64,000 nucleotides of DNA from Mobula hypostoma (lineage: Eukaryota): the NCBI RefSeq assembly GCF_963921235.1, contig NC_086108.1, positions 35,466,001 to 35,530,000 of the forward strand, written 5' to 3'. Below the pieces are notes generated by a model. That model did no database searches. It was not told the DNA's origin and was given only the letters and a program-made list of their open reading frames with translations. This document shows positions 37,898 through 51,600 of the stretch, piece by piece (positions within the stretch are counted from its first letter, which is position 1; each line of letters opens with the position of its first letter). Both the position numbers and the translations under genes were made by a program.

Positions 37898-39575
37898 GTG
37901 AAATGATTCTCAGAGAAATAGAAGACCTAGATGGGATAAAAATTGGAGGTGTTAACATCAACAATATAAGATATGCAGATGATGCCACCCTAATAGCAAG
38001 TGCTGCAGAAGACCTACAAATCCTCCTAGACAAAGTAGTACAAACAAGTGCAGATTTTGGTCTAACCATTGTGACGAAAAAAAAACAAGTTATCAGAAGA
38101 TTGATGCTAATGAGAGAGAGAGAAGTGGGACAATGGAGAAACTTTCAAAATGCTAATAAGAGAGAAGAGAGAGATTAACTAGAAAGAAACACATTTCAGA
38201 ATATTGACAGACCGGTTGCTTTGAACCTGAACTGTTTGAAGTTTGATGGACAGGCGATACCTCAGCAGGGGGATAAAAAGAACAAGTTTGCTAAGGCACG
38301 ACACACACCACGAGATCACGAGATAACGAGACCCTGGAAGGGCGGTGTGCCCCCACAAGTTAGTGAGAGTTGGAGGTCTGGTTCGAGGGAACCAACCATA
38401 GACTGACAGGGTGAAAAGGGACGATCGGCGGGAACCTGGTGTGTGTGTCCGCCCTTGCCTGGGTGCCGGGTTCACCGCGGAAGAACGGTCGTATCTGGAA
38501 CGGAGGGGTCACAGTCGGTGACCACAGAAGACATAAAAGGGTTCGCCTGAAAGCTAATTGTGAAGAACATCAGTTTGAATCAAAATTTGCATTCTCTCTC
38601 TCTCTCCAATGGCACAACAGCAATTACTGCGAACTTTACTAAGCTGAACTGAACTCTGCGTCACTTGAGACTGATCATTTTACCCCTAGACTGCAATGGA
38701 GCTTGGTTGATTCCTATTACCCTAGTTCTGTGTACATGTGTGTTTTATCATTGCTAACCTGTTGCACTTATATCCTTACGATTGGAGTACTGTGTTTCTT
38801 ATTTCTTTAATAAAACTTTATTAGTTTCTGTTAAACCAGACTCCAACTAAGTGGTCCATTTCCGCTGGTTTGGCAACCCAGTTACGGGGTACGTAACACC
38901 ATCAACTGTTAAAAAAAATAAATGTATGGTAATATCAAAACAGCAGGATACTCCCAACTGCCAATTGTACATCAGTAACCAAGAGATTGAACAAAAGACC
39001 AGTTTTAATTACCTTAGTAACTTTATATCACAAGATGCGAGAAGTAAAGTAGAAATAAAAAGAAGAATTGCCATTGCTAAAACCAACTTCCAAAAAATGA
39101 AACCCATTTTTACCAACAGACACATTTCTATGACAACAAGGCTTAGGCTACTAAGATGTTACATCTGGTCAACTTTGCTGTATGGACTATAACACCAGAA
39201 CTCCAAAGAAACTTTGAAGCAACAGAAATGTGGTTTCTTAGAAGAATGCTAAAAATATCATATAGAGATAGGGTAACTAATGTGACAGTACTCCAATGTG
39301 CCCATACAAAAAGATCTTTAATGAGAACATTAAATTAGAGGAAATTTATATTCCTGGGCCATGTCATCAGAATGGGAGAAATAGAATGCCTTGCATTACA
39401 AAGCCGTATGCCTGGGAAACACAGAAGAGGGAGGCAAACAAGAAAATATATGGACACTGTGAAAGAACTAACAGATCTAAGTGTGCGAGATATCATTGAC
39501 GCTGCGTGGGATTGTTCGATGTGGAAAGCCGTGATCACCCAAGCGTGTAACGCGCAAGGCACATGAAGAAGAAGA
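37898..39575 (+). mobile_element. RTE-clade LINE 3' fragment, interrupted by a solo LTR
   Basis: GIKIGGVNINNIRYADDATL...FGLTI | NCKK...EIKRRIAIAK...LLRCYIWSTLLYG, (GAA)n tail. Sits inside a Rex1 3' fragment (37620-37897, 39576-39655). Confidence 0.85.
38070..38898 (+). mobile_element. Solo LTR
   Basis: TGTGACG...CGTAACA ends, 4-bp TSD CCAT (38066-38069 / 38899-38902), AATAAA at ~38808. RTE frame resumes across it. Confidence 0.85.
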
Positions 39576-40735
39576 TTACAGTGTACTGCTGGCGCAAAAC
39601 TACAAATTTCACGACTTATGCCAGTGATATTAAACCTGATTCTGATTCTGAATCTGATTTTGTGGGTGTTGCTCATCTACATTCCTGAATGTAGCTGGGA
39701 TTAGGAACTGATTTCTAGCACCCCCTTCATCCCTGTGAGTCGGCCTTTGCTCCACAAGAACTGCTGTCCATTGTCTACTCAAACAATACAGTCGGGTGCT
39801 AACTCGTGGAAGGAAGTAGCTATCGCTTTGGGGCATGTTTACATAGCTGGTGGATGGAAGTAGAGCGGTGCTTGCAGATTCTTCTCTAAACCAGCCATGC
39901 TTGTTCTTTCCGCTTGTCAATAGCAAATCTATTCTGCTTGTAGAACCGGTCCTCAGATAAACTCGCAGTCACTGCAGAGGGTGCCACTGGAAGCAAGAGG
40001 TTGATCGACAGCCCTGCTAGGAAAGTACATTCAACAGCTTACAGCAGGTTCAGCATTTCTGCTCCTGATGACATTTCATTGATCTGATAAGTTATATCTC
40101 CATCATCAGATACGGCCTGACATACACAACAAGTCCAGCACATCTATTCATCACTCCAGCATGTCCCCTGTATGCGGATGAAGCTGTAGAGATGTCAAGA
40201 AGTGAACAGCCCCATTTTTTAATTTTTAGATTCACCGCGATATTGTGAACAAATAGGTCATATCTCAAAGTGCTGTAATGTAATGATATCTGCTGTGCTG
40301 ATCTCTTGTCTTTAATTAAATTTTCATTTAAATAAGGATGACTCATGGATTAAAATCTAGTTTACACAGCTGTAAAGAATGATGACATCTCTATTATTCA
40401 GCAGCTGAGCGGACATGAGAGGGCACTCTTATTTCCCTTGACTAAATTTGATTCCTGTCATCAGGGTATATCAGTATCATTAAGCACCTCCCATACCTCT
40501 TCTATCTCCAGACACATGAGTTTTTCCCCTTTATTCCTGATTTGTCCTATTCTCATTCTAGTCACCCTCCTCTTTTCCACATATATGTAGAATATCTCGG
40601 GTTTTCCTTAATCTTATTCACCAAGGCCTTCTCATGACCCTTCTTAAACTCCTTCTTAGCTAATTTATAATCCTCAGGAGCCCTGTATCAAATTTACTCT
40701 CTGAACCTTAAGTATTCTTCCTTCTGCCTCTAGAC

Positions 40736-43494
40736 CAGGGGGTTCTTAACCTAGGGTCCATAAACTTGGATGGGAAAGAATTTATATCTTTATTTTCACT
40801 AACCTCTAATTGAAATTTAGCATTTCCTTCAATTATGAATGCAGAAAACAAACCACAGTGTTATTAGCAGTACCTGTGACCTTGTCATCAATAGAAACCA
40901 CAGATATTTTCATATCGCATTACAATTGTTACAGATAGCCCAAAATATTTCATCACTACTTTGAAATTAAGATAGTTATTAGACCTGTAACTAGATCGAA
41001 TGTGATCATAGTCTTTCTGTCTGCAGACACTCGTGTGACATAGCTGTCCCACTATCGGGCTGCCCTGAACCAAACGATGAAGTCGCGCGTTCTCACATTT
41101 GTCAGCCAGAGATCTACGTTATTCTTCATTACGCCTATCCACAATTGCTTGTTCATCAATGCATAGAAGAAGGTAAGTTGTTTTTGTTGCTTGTTAAAGT
41201 TTTGCAAACTAGACAGTTCAAATGAAAATTCTTAACTCTCTGTAAGACCGCACAGCTTTTGTCATACGGATAGGAGTATGGGCTACAGGTGTAGAATAGG
41301 CAAGTGTAAACGTACTGATGATTGGGATAACTGTTGAAGTGCATTATTTAAACTAATATCTTATTACTGCTAACCATTTGTGAAATGATACAGGTCATGC
41401 ACAGTTGTTAGTTCCGTGAGTAGCAGACGTTCTTTCTTTTTTTTGTTTGTTTTTTGTATTCCATTTTTGAAGTTAAGACGCGCACACATAGAATGCTTTA
41501 CAAGTGGTGTTCGTGTGTTATAATTCTGTGCAAATACTGCACATCTTAAAAACAATTTCTCAAGAATACTGTGAACAATATCAGAAATGAAGCCATTATT
41601 TCCAGGAAGGCACAGAAAGCCGTGTGACTCCATGTGCAACAATAACCGAAATCCAGGAAAGGCACGGCGCCCTGTGTCTGTTCGACTATCTAAAAGCCAT
41701 TAGAAGTGCTAAAACTTTGTATGTATTGTAAAACCTGCCTTTTTTTTTAACTTGGCATACAAATTCTTGAATATCTTATATTTCTTTCTCTTAACTAACA
41801 TTCAATTTACTTATTTCTTTGCAGATTTATCGAATTACTTAATAACCATTCAAAAATACTGAGTTTCAGAAAATATCAACTGAATCAAATACTTTAGCTT
41901 TATTTACTTTGTATATTTTTACATTAATATAGAAGGACATATAAAGGAGGGAGAGAGAAACCGGGGAATTATAGACTGGTTAGCCTAACGTCGGTGGTGG
42001 GGAAACTGCTGGAGTCAGTTATCAAGGATGTGATAACAGCACATTTGGAAAGCGGTGAAATCATTGGACAAAGTCAGCATGGATTTGTGAAAGGAAAATC
42101 ATGTCTGACGAATCTCATAGAATTTTTTGAGGATGTAACTAGTAGAGTGGATGGGGAGAACCAGTGGATACGGTATATTTGGATTTTCAAAAGGCTTTTG
42201 ACAAGGTCCCACACAGGAGATTAGTGTGCAAACTTAAAGCACACGGTATTGGGGGTAAGGTATTGGTGTGGGTGGAGAATTGGTTAGCAGACAGGAAGCA
42301 AAGAGTGGGAATAAACGGGACCTTTTCAGAATGGCAGGCGGTGACTAGTGGGGTACCGCAAGGCTCAGTGCTGGGACCCCAGTTGTTTACAATATATATT
42401 AATGACTTGGATGAGGGAATTAAATGCAGCATCTCCAAGTTTGCGGATGACACGAAGCTGGGTGGCAGTGTTAGCTGTGAGGAGGATGCTAAGAGGATGC
42501 AGAGTGACTTGGATAGGTTGGGTGAGTGGGCAAATTCATGGCAGATGCAATTTAATGTGGATAAATGTGAAGTTATCCACTTTGGTGGCAAAAATAGGAA
42601 AACAGATTATTATCTGATTGGTGGCCGATTAGGAAAAGGGGAGGTGCAACGAGACCTGGGTGTCATTATACACCAGTCATTGAAAGTGGGCATGCAGGTA
42701 CAGCAGGCGGTGAAAAAGGCGAATGGTATGCTGGCATTTATAGCGAGAGGATTCGAGTACAGGAGCAGGGAGGTACTACTGCAGTTGTACAAGGCCTTGG
42801 TGAGACCACACCTGGAGTATTGTGTGCAGTTTTGGTCCCCTAATCTGAGGAAAGACATCCTTGCCATAGAGGGAGTACAAAGAAGGTTCACCAGGTTGAT
42901 TCCTGGGATGGCAGGACTTTCATATGAAGAAAGACTGGATGAACTGGGCTTGTACTCGTTGGAATTTAGAAGATTGAGGGGGGATCTGATTGAAACGTAT
43001 AAAATCCTAAAGGGATTGGACAGGCTAGATGCAGGAAGATTGTTCCCAATGTTGGGGAAGTCCAGAACGAGGGGCCACAGTTTGAGGATAGAGGGGAAGC
43101 CTTTTAGGACCGAGATTAGGAAAAACTTCTTCACACAGAGAGTGGTGAATCTGTGGAATTCTCTGCCACAGGAAACAGTTGAGGCCAGTTCATTGGCTAT
43201 ATTTAAGAGGGAGTTAGATATGGCCCTTGTGGCTACGGGGGTCAGGGGGTATGGAGGGAAGGCTGGGGCGGGGTTCTGAGTTGGATGATCAGCCATGATC
43301 ATAATAAATGGCGGTGCAGGCTCGAAGGGCCGAATGGCCTACTCCTGCACCTATTTTCTATGTTTCTATATATCAAATATATTAAAAATATATTTTGATA
43401 ACTGTGGTTCAATATAATTATTTTTTGAAGAGTTCCATAGATTTCACCGGTCTGCCAAAGGGGTACATGGTATAAAAAAAGTTAAGAACCCCTA
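40736..43494. mobile_element. Non-autonomous hAT (Charlie-type) DNA transposon
   Basis: TIRs CAGGGGGTTCTTAAC / GTTAAGAACCCCTA, perfect 8-bp TSD CTCTAGAC (40728-40735 / 43495-43502). Confidence 0.85.
41943..43370 (+). mobile_element. CR1 LINE family A, copy 3, inside the hAT element
   Basis: 371-aa RT ORF 42164-43279, near-identical to the other family A copies. Confidence 0.95.
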
Positions 43495-45809
43495 CTCTAG
43501 ACTAAATACTCTACCTCCCTTGTCAGCCATGGTTCTTTCACCCTACCATCTTTTTCTCTCAGTGAGACAAATCTATCCAGAGCCCAGTGCAAAAGGTCCC
43601 TAAACAACTTTTAAATTTCTGCTGTGCATTCTCTAAGAACATCCGATCCCTATTTATGCTCCCAAGTTTCTGCCTAATACTGTTGTAATTAGATCTCCAC
43701 CAGTTCAATATTTTCCCATATTGCCTGCTCCTATCCTTGTATCCCAACCGCCTATCACTAAGAGGTCGCTCACTTGACCAGATTCAACGCCTAGATCCAG
43801 TCTGGCCTCCCCTCTAGTCTGCCTGTTCACATACTGTCTCAGGAATTCTTTCTGGACACAGCTAACCATTTCTGTCCCATTTAAACATTTTGCACTAATG
43901 AGGTGCCAGTTCATATTAGGGAAATTGAAGTCAGCCATAACAACAATCTTGTTATTTTTGTACCTTTCCAAAATCTCCTACTGATTTACTTCTATACTCT
44001 TCAGTGTCTCGGATGCTATTGGGGAGGCCTATCTAACACACCCAATAGAGCGATTACTCCTTTCTGGTTTCTAACTCTACCCACATTGACTCAATCAACG
44101 ATCCCTCCAGGATGTTTTCCCTTTCTGCAGCTGTGATACTATCCCTGATTAGCAATGTCACTACTCCATCTTTTTGACCACCCATCTAAACCCTAGAACA
44201 TCAAGCAGCCAATCCTACCCTTGTGACCGCCAAGTCTCTGTAATGGCCACAATGTTACAAGTTCCATTCTCTCTGTTCATTGCCCTTATTCTTAATACTG
44301 CTCGTAGTAAATCCATTTCACCCTCCCAAATGACTGAATTCATACTCTATCCACTACCTATCCTTCCTCACAGTCTCTCTGCACATTGCATCTACATTTT
44401 GCAACAGCCGCTCCCTCATCTGAACTAATATTCTGGTTTCTATCTCCCTACCAATCAGGTTTAAACCATGCCCAAAGCTCCAGCAAATCTGGCTGCAAGG
44501 ACATTGGTCCCTCTTGGATTCTCGTAAAACTCATCCCTTTCATACAGGCCATACCTTCTCCAGAACAGATCTCAATGATCTGAACCCCTGTCCCCACCCC
44601 CCCACCCCAGCACTAACTCTTCAGCCACACATTTGTCTGCTATATCTTCGTATTTTTACCCACACGAGTGTGTGGCACAGGCAGTAATCCAGAGAATACC
44701 ACCCTTGATGTCCTGCTTCTTAGCTTCTTTTCTAACTTCCTGTATTCACCCTATAGGGCATCTTCGTGGCCTCATCATTAGAGCCTATTGAGTTGGAATG
44801 TAACATACTATCATGGATGGAAGATTGCTTAAAGAATAGAAAAGGGAGATTAGAAATAAGTCGATCACCTACTTTTATTGATTCATTCACAGGATGTGGA
44901 GGTCTCAGGGGAAGGTAACATTTATTGATAGGCCAGGTAACAGGCAGACTTCCTTCCCTGACAAACAGTGAGTTCTTTATGATTATTGATATGTCACTGT
45001 GCTGCGTTAAAAATCCTTCCTTATTTAAATAATTAGGACTTGAAGCTTCCTTTCATGATATTCTTGCAGCCTTATACCAATAATAGACTTATTCACTACA
45101 GTAAATTGCAGAAATAAAGCAGAACTCATTAATTCTTCCAGCACTGTAATATCCATGACTCTTGCTTTCTAGTGAATTAGTTTACAACAGCCTTGTGTTT
45201 AGAAATAGGTTAAATAATCCTTCCTTGACACAAGATAATTTTTGTTTTTTATGCATTGATGCTAAAGGAAAAAGTAGGTCATGTAATATTGGAAGCAATA
45301 GAAATGAAGACAATAAGCATTTAGGCTGCACCTGAGTTCATTTAACTTAGCACAATACCATTAAAATTAATGTCTTTTAATTTGAAGACATCCTTAAGGT
45401 GTATTTATAATATTAATGTATTGGTGATGTTTTCTTGGAAAGGTAGAGATCAGAATAGTTTTTCCTTTATGTGAGGTGTAGAATTGGACTAGATGTTGAT
45501 GATGAACACATGGCCTAACATGGCTGTCAAATTATTTTCAAAGAAATCAACTTCAGGTAAAAGTAATAAGCATTTTATGTTGGGGTTGGATTATATATCA
45601 GCAGAAGCACAAAATGAAATATTGCTGGAAATGCTATAGAGATTGAGTGGCACTGATTGAATGAGGTTCATATTTCCATTTGGTCAACTTCCATCGGCAA
45701 AAGAATAGAAAATAATAACCATAATGGGCTTTAACAAAATAAAAGGCAAAGGAAGTGAGACGAGGAGGGACAAATTGAAGAGGAGATACCTAACAGGAAA
45801 GAAAACAGA

Positions 45810-48697
45810 AGACCATAAGACCTTAAGACATAGGAGCAGAATTAGGCCATTCGGCCTATCAAGTCTGCTCTGCTATTTCATTGTGGGTGATCTGTTTCCC
45901 TTTCAATCCCGTTCTTCTGCCTTCTCTCCATTACTAATCAAAAACCGATCAACTTCTGCCTTAAATGCACCCTGTGACCTGGCCTCCACAGCCACCTGTG
46001 GTAATGAATTCCACAGATTTACCAGCTCTGGCAAAAGAAAATTCCTCCTCATCTCCGTTCTAAATGGACGTCCCTCTATTTTGAAGTCAAATGTTTCTAT
46101 AAGAACCCCCCCGCCCCCACATTCTTCTAAATTCCAGTGAGCACAGAGCCTTCAGTCGTTGCTCAGATGGTAATCCTTCCATTCCCATAGTCATTCCCAT
46201 GAACCTCCTCCTAACAGCTCATCCTTTCTTAAATAAGAGGCCTAACACTGCTCACAATACAGCAGTAAGGCTTCACCAGTGCCTTCTGCACCCTCAGTGT
46301 TGCAGGCTTGCTTTTATATTCTGATCCTCTCAAAATAAACCCCAACATTGCATTCGCCTTCCTTACCACTGATTCACCCTGCAAATTAACCTTTAAGGAA
46401 TCCTGCATGAGATCCTGTGGCATGTCGAATGCCAGGTGAACGAGTAGTCTTTGGGGTACTGCAAGTCTGTGTCTTTGCTGTTGCTTTGCTGCACGCTTGA
46501 GTGCTCGGTGGTGGGTGCCAAGGCTTTTTTTTTGCTGGTGGGGGAAGGGGGATCATTACTTGCTGCCGCTTATGTCCAGGAGGGAGGGGAGTTGGGGGGA
46601 ACTTTGGGGTTCTAACATTGAATTGTCATTCATTCTTTGGGGGCGCTCCTCTGTTTTCATGGATGGTTGTGAAGAAAAAGCACTTCAGGGTGTATATTGT
46701 ATACATTTCTCTGACATTAAATGTACCTGTGAAACCTTTGAACTCACAAATCCCTTTACACCTCGGATTTTTTAACTTTCTCCCCATGTAGGAAATTGAC
46801 TATGCTTTTATTCCTTCTATCAAAGTGCATGACTACACACTTCCTGACACTGTATTCCATCTGCCATCTCTTTGCCCATTCTCCGAATCTGTCTAAGTCC
46901 TTCTGCAGGCTCTCTGCTTTCTCAACACTACCTGCCCCTCCACCTTTCTTCGTATCATCTGCAAACTTGGCCACAAAGCCATCAATTTCATCATCTGAAT
47001 TGTTGGCATACAACTTAAAAAGAATCGGTTCCAACGCAGACCCCTGTGGAACACGACTAGTCACTGGCAGCCAATCCGAAAAGGGCCCTTTATTCCCACT
47101 GTTTGTCTCCTGCCAATCAGCCAATGCTCTGTCCATACCAGTATCTTTCCAGCAATACCCTAAGTTCTTATCTTGTTTAGCAGCCTCATGTGTGGCACCT
47201 TGTCAAAGGCCTTCTGAAAATCCAAGTACACAACATCCACTGATTTTCCTTTGTCTATCCTGCTTGGTGTTTTTGCAAAGAATTCAAAAAGATTTGTCAG
47301 GCAAGAATTTCCCTTAAGGAAACCCATACTGACCATTTAGCTTATCTTGTGCCTCTGAGTACCCCAAAACCACATCCTTTACTATTAGCTCCAACATCTC
47401 CCCAACAACTGAGGTCAGTCTAACTGGCCTCTACTTTCCTCGTACTTCTGCCTCCTCCCTCCTTGAAGTGTAGAATAATGTTTGCCATGTTCCAGTTCTC
47501 TAGAGCCATGCCAAATCCATTGATTCTTGAAATATCATTACCAATGCCTCCACAATCTCTTCAGCTCCCTATTTTAGAACACTGGGGTGTAGACCAGGAG
47601 GTCCAGATTACTTATTTCCCTTTAGACCATTCAATTTCCCAAGCACCATTTCCCCCATTACTATAGAAACATAGAAAACCTACAGCACAATACAGGCCCT
47701 TCGGCCCACAAAGCTGTGCCGAACATGTCCTTACCATAGAACTACCTAGGCTTGCCCATAGCCCTCTATTTTTCTAAGCTCCATGTACCTATCCAGGAGT
47801 CTCTTAAAAGACTCTATCATTTTCTCCTCCACCACCGCTGCCAGCAGCGGATTCCATGCATTCACCACTCTCTGTGTAAAAAACTTACCCCTGACATCTC
47901 CTCTGTACCTACTTCCAAGCACCTTAAAACTATGCCCTCTCATGCTAGCTATTTCAGCGCTGGGAAAAAGCCTCTGACTATCCACACGATCAATGCCTCT
48001 CATTATCTTGTACACCTCTATTAGGTCACCTCTCATCCTCCATCACTCCAAGGAGAAAAGGCCAAGTTCACTCAACCTATTCTCATAAGGCATGCTCCCC
48101 AATCCAGGCAACATCCTTGTAAATCTCTTCTGCACTCTTTCTATGGTTTCCACATCCTTCCTGTAGTGAGGAAGCTAGAACTGAGCACAATACTCCAAGT
48201 AGGGTGTAACCAGGGTCCTGTGTAGCAGCAATATTACCTCTCGGCTCTTAAACTCAATCCCATGATTGATGAAGGCCAATACACTGTATGCCTTCTTACC
48301 CACAGAGTCAACCTGCATAGCAGCTTTGAGTGTCCTATGGACTTGGACCCCAAGATCCCTCTGATCCTCCACACTGCCAGAGTCTCACCATTAGTGCAAT
48401 ATTTTGCCATCATATTTCACCCACTATCTCTCTAACCTAATTTTCCCAGTGGTCCAATATCTATTCTGGCCTCTGTTTTACTCTTTATATATCTGAAAAA
48501 AATGTTGGTTATCATTTTTGATATTATCGGCTGGCTTACCTTCATATATAATCTTTTCTCCCGCTATGGTTTTTTAAGTTGCCTTCTGTTGGTTTCGAAA
48601 AATTTCCCAGTTCTCTAACTTCCCACTAATTTTTGCTTGATTAAATGCCCTTTTATTTGTTTTAATGTTGGCTTTGATTTCCCTTTCCAGCCATGGT
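45810..48697 (-). mobile_element. Older CR1 LINE hosting nested insertions (continues at ~55664-55737)
   Basis: VPQGSALEPILF...KFADDTK. Interrupted at 46418-46740, 47663-48420 and 48698-55660. Confidence 0.75.
47663..48420 (-). mobile_element. CR1 LINE 3' fragment (different family)
   Basis: QRDLGVQVH...[28 protein letters not shown], tail atagaaacatagaaa. Confidence 0.9.
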
Positions 48698-51600
48698 TAG
48701 ACAATAGACAATAGGTGCAGGAGTAGGCCATTCGGCCCTTTGAGCCAGCACCGCCATTCACCGTGATCATGGCTGATCATCCATTATCAGTATCCAGTTC
48801 CTGCCTTCTCCCCGTAACCTTCGATTCCACTATCTTTAAGGGTTCTATCCATCTCTTTTTTGAAAGCATCCAGAGACTTGGCCTCCACAGCCTTCTGGGA
48901 CAGAACATTCCATATATCCACCACTCTCTGGGTGAAAAAGTTTATCCTCAACTCCGTTCTAAATGGCCTACCCCTAATTCTCAAACTGTGGCCTCTGGTT
49001 CTGGACTCACCCATCAGCAGGAGCATGCTTCCTGCCTGCAGCGTGTCCAATCCCTTAGTAATCTTATATGTTTCAATAAGATCCCCTCTCAGCCTTCTAA
49101 ATTCCAGAGTATACAAGCCTAGTCGCTCCAATCTTTCGACATATGACAGTCCCACCATCCCGGGAATTAACCTTGTGAACCCACGCTGCACTCCCTCAGT
49201 AGCAAGAATGTCCCTCCTCAAATTTGGAGACGAAAACTGCACACAGTACTCCAGGTGTGGTCTCACCAGGGCCCTGTACAGCTGCAAAAGGACCTCTTTG
49301 CTCTTATACTCAATTCCCCTTGTTATGAAAGCCAGCATGCCATTAGCTTTTTTCACTGCCTGCTGTACTTGCATGCTTGCTTTCAGTGACTGATGTACAA
49401 GAACACCTAGATCTCGTTGTGCTTCCCCTTTTCCTAATTTGACTCCATTTAGATAATAATCTGCCTTTCCGTTCTTACCACCAAAGTGGATAACCTCACA
49501 CTTATCCACATTAAACTGCATCTGCCATGCATCTGCCCACTCACCCAGCCTGTCCAAGTCACACTGCATTCTCATAACATCCTCCTCACATTTCACACTG
49601 CCTCCCAGCTTTGTGTCATCGGCAAATTTGCTAATGTTACTTTTAATTCCCTCATCTAAATCATTAATGTATATTGTAAACAGTTGTGGTCCCAGCACTG
49701 AACCCTGCAGTACCCCACTGGTCACCACCTGCCATTCCGAAAGGGACCCGTTAATCGCTACACTTTGTTTTCTGTCAGCCAGCCAATTTTCAATTCATGT
49801 CAGTACTCTGCCCCCAATACCATGTGCCCTAATTCTGCCCACTAATCTCCTATGTGGGACTTTATCAAAGGCTTTCTGAAAGTCCAGGTACACTACATCC
49901 ACTGGCTCTCCCTTGTCCATTTTCATAGTTACATCCTCAAAAAATTCCAGAAGATTAGTCAAGCATGATTTCCCCATCGTAAATCCATGCTGACTCGGAC
50001 CAATCCTGTTATTACTATCCAGATGTGTCATAATTTCATCTTTTATAATTGATTCCAGCATCTTTCCCACCACTGACATCAGGCTAACCGGTCTATAATT
50101 CCCTGTTTTCTCTCTTCCTCCCTTCTTGAAGAGAGGGACAACATTAGCCACCCTCCAATCCAGAGGAACTGATCTTTTGAATCTATAGAACATTGGAAAA
50201 TGATCATCAATGCATCCACAATTTCTTAAGCCACCTCCTTAAGTACCCTGGGATGCAGACCATCAGGTCCCAGGGACTTATCAGCCTTCAGACCCAACAG
50301 CCTATCCAACACCATTTCCTGCCTAATATAAATTTCCTTCAATTCATCCATTACCCTAGGTCTTTCGGCCACTATTACATCTGGGAGATTGTTTGTGTCT
50401 TCCCTAGTGAAGACAGATCCAAAGTACCTGTTCAACTCCTCTGCCATTTCCTTGTTCCCTATAATAAATTCACCCGCTTCTGTCTTCAAGGGCCCAATTT
50501 TGGTCTTAACTATTTTTTCCTTTTCACATTCCTAAAGAAGCTTTTACTATCCTCCTTTATATTCTTGGCTAGTTTACCTTCGTACCTCATTTTTTCTCCA
50601 AGTATTGCCTTTTTAGTTACCTTCTGTTGCTCTTTAAAAGTTTCCCAATCCTCCGGCTTCCCACTCATCTTTGCTATGTTATACTTCTTCGCTTTTATTT
50701 TTATACTGTCCATTACTTCCCTTGTCAGCCACGGCCTCTCCTTATTCCCCTTAGGATCTTTCTTCTTCTTTGGAATGAACTGATCCTGCACCTTCCGCAT
50801 TATTCCCAGAAACACTTGCCATTGCTGTTGCACTGTCATCCCTGCTAGAGTATTGTTCCATTGAACTTTGGCCAGCTCCTCCCTCATAGCACCATAGTTC
50901 CCTTTGTTCAACTGTAATACTGACACTTCCGAGTTTCCCTTTTCCCTCTCAAATTGTAGATTAAAACTTATCATATTATGATCACTACCTCCTAATGGCT
51001 CTTTTACCTCGAGGTCCCTGATCAAATACGGTTCATTGCACAACACTAAATCTAGAATTGCGTTCTCTCTGATAGGCTCCAGTACAAGCTGTTCTAAGGA
51101 TCCACCTCGGAGGGACTCCCCAAACTCCCTTTCTTGGGGTCCAGTACCAACCTGATTCCTCCAGTTTACCTGCATGTTGAAATCCCCCATAACAACTGTA
51201 GCATTACCTTTGTGGCATGCCAATTTTAACTCTTGATTCAACTTACACCCTACATCCAGACTACTGTTTGGGGACCTGTAGATAGCTCCCATTAGGGTCT
51301 TTCTACCCTTAGAATTTCTCAGTTCTATCCATACTGACTCTACGTCTCCTGATTCTATGTCCCCCCTCACAAGGGACTGAATATCATTCCTCACCAACAG
51401 AGCCACCCCACCCCCTCTGCCAATCAGTCTGTCCTTTCAATAGGACATATAACCTTGAATATTCATTTCCCAGGCCCTGTCCACTTGAAGCCATGTCTCT
51501 GTTATTCCCACAACATCGTACTTGCCAATTTCCAACTGTGCCTCAAGCCCATCTACTTTATTTCTTATACTCCGTGCATTCATATACAATTCTTTTAATT

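Larger units (their letters stand above)
40495..44760 (-). mobile_element. Old CR1 LINE (ORF1 end/ORF2 start), split by a hAT element
   Basis: KIVVMADFNFPNMNW...FLRQYVNRQTRGEARLDL. Sequence is continuous across 40735/43503. Confidence 0.7.
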
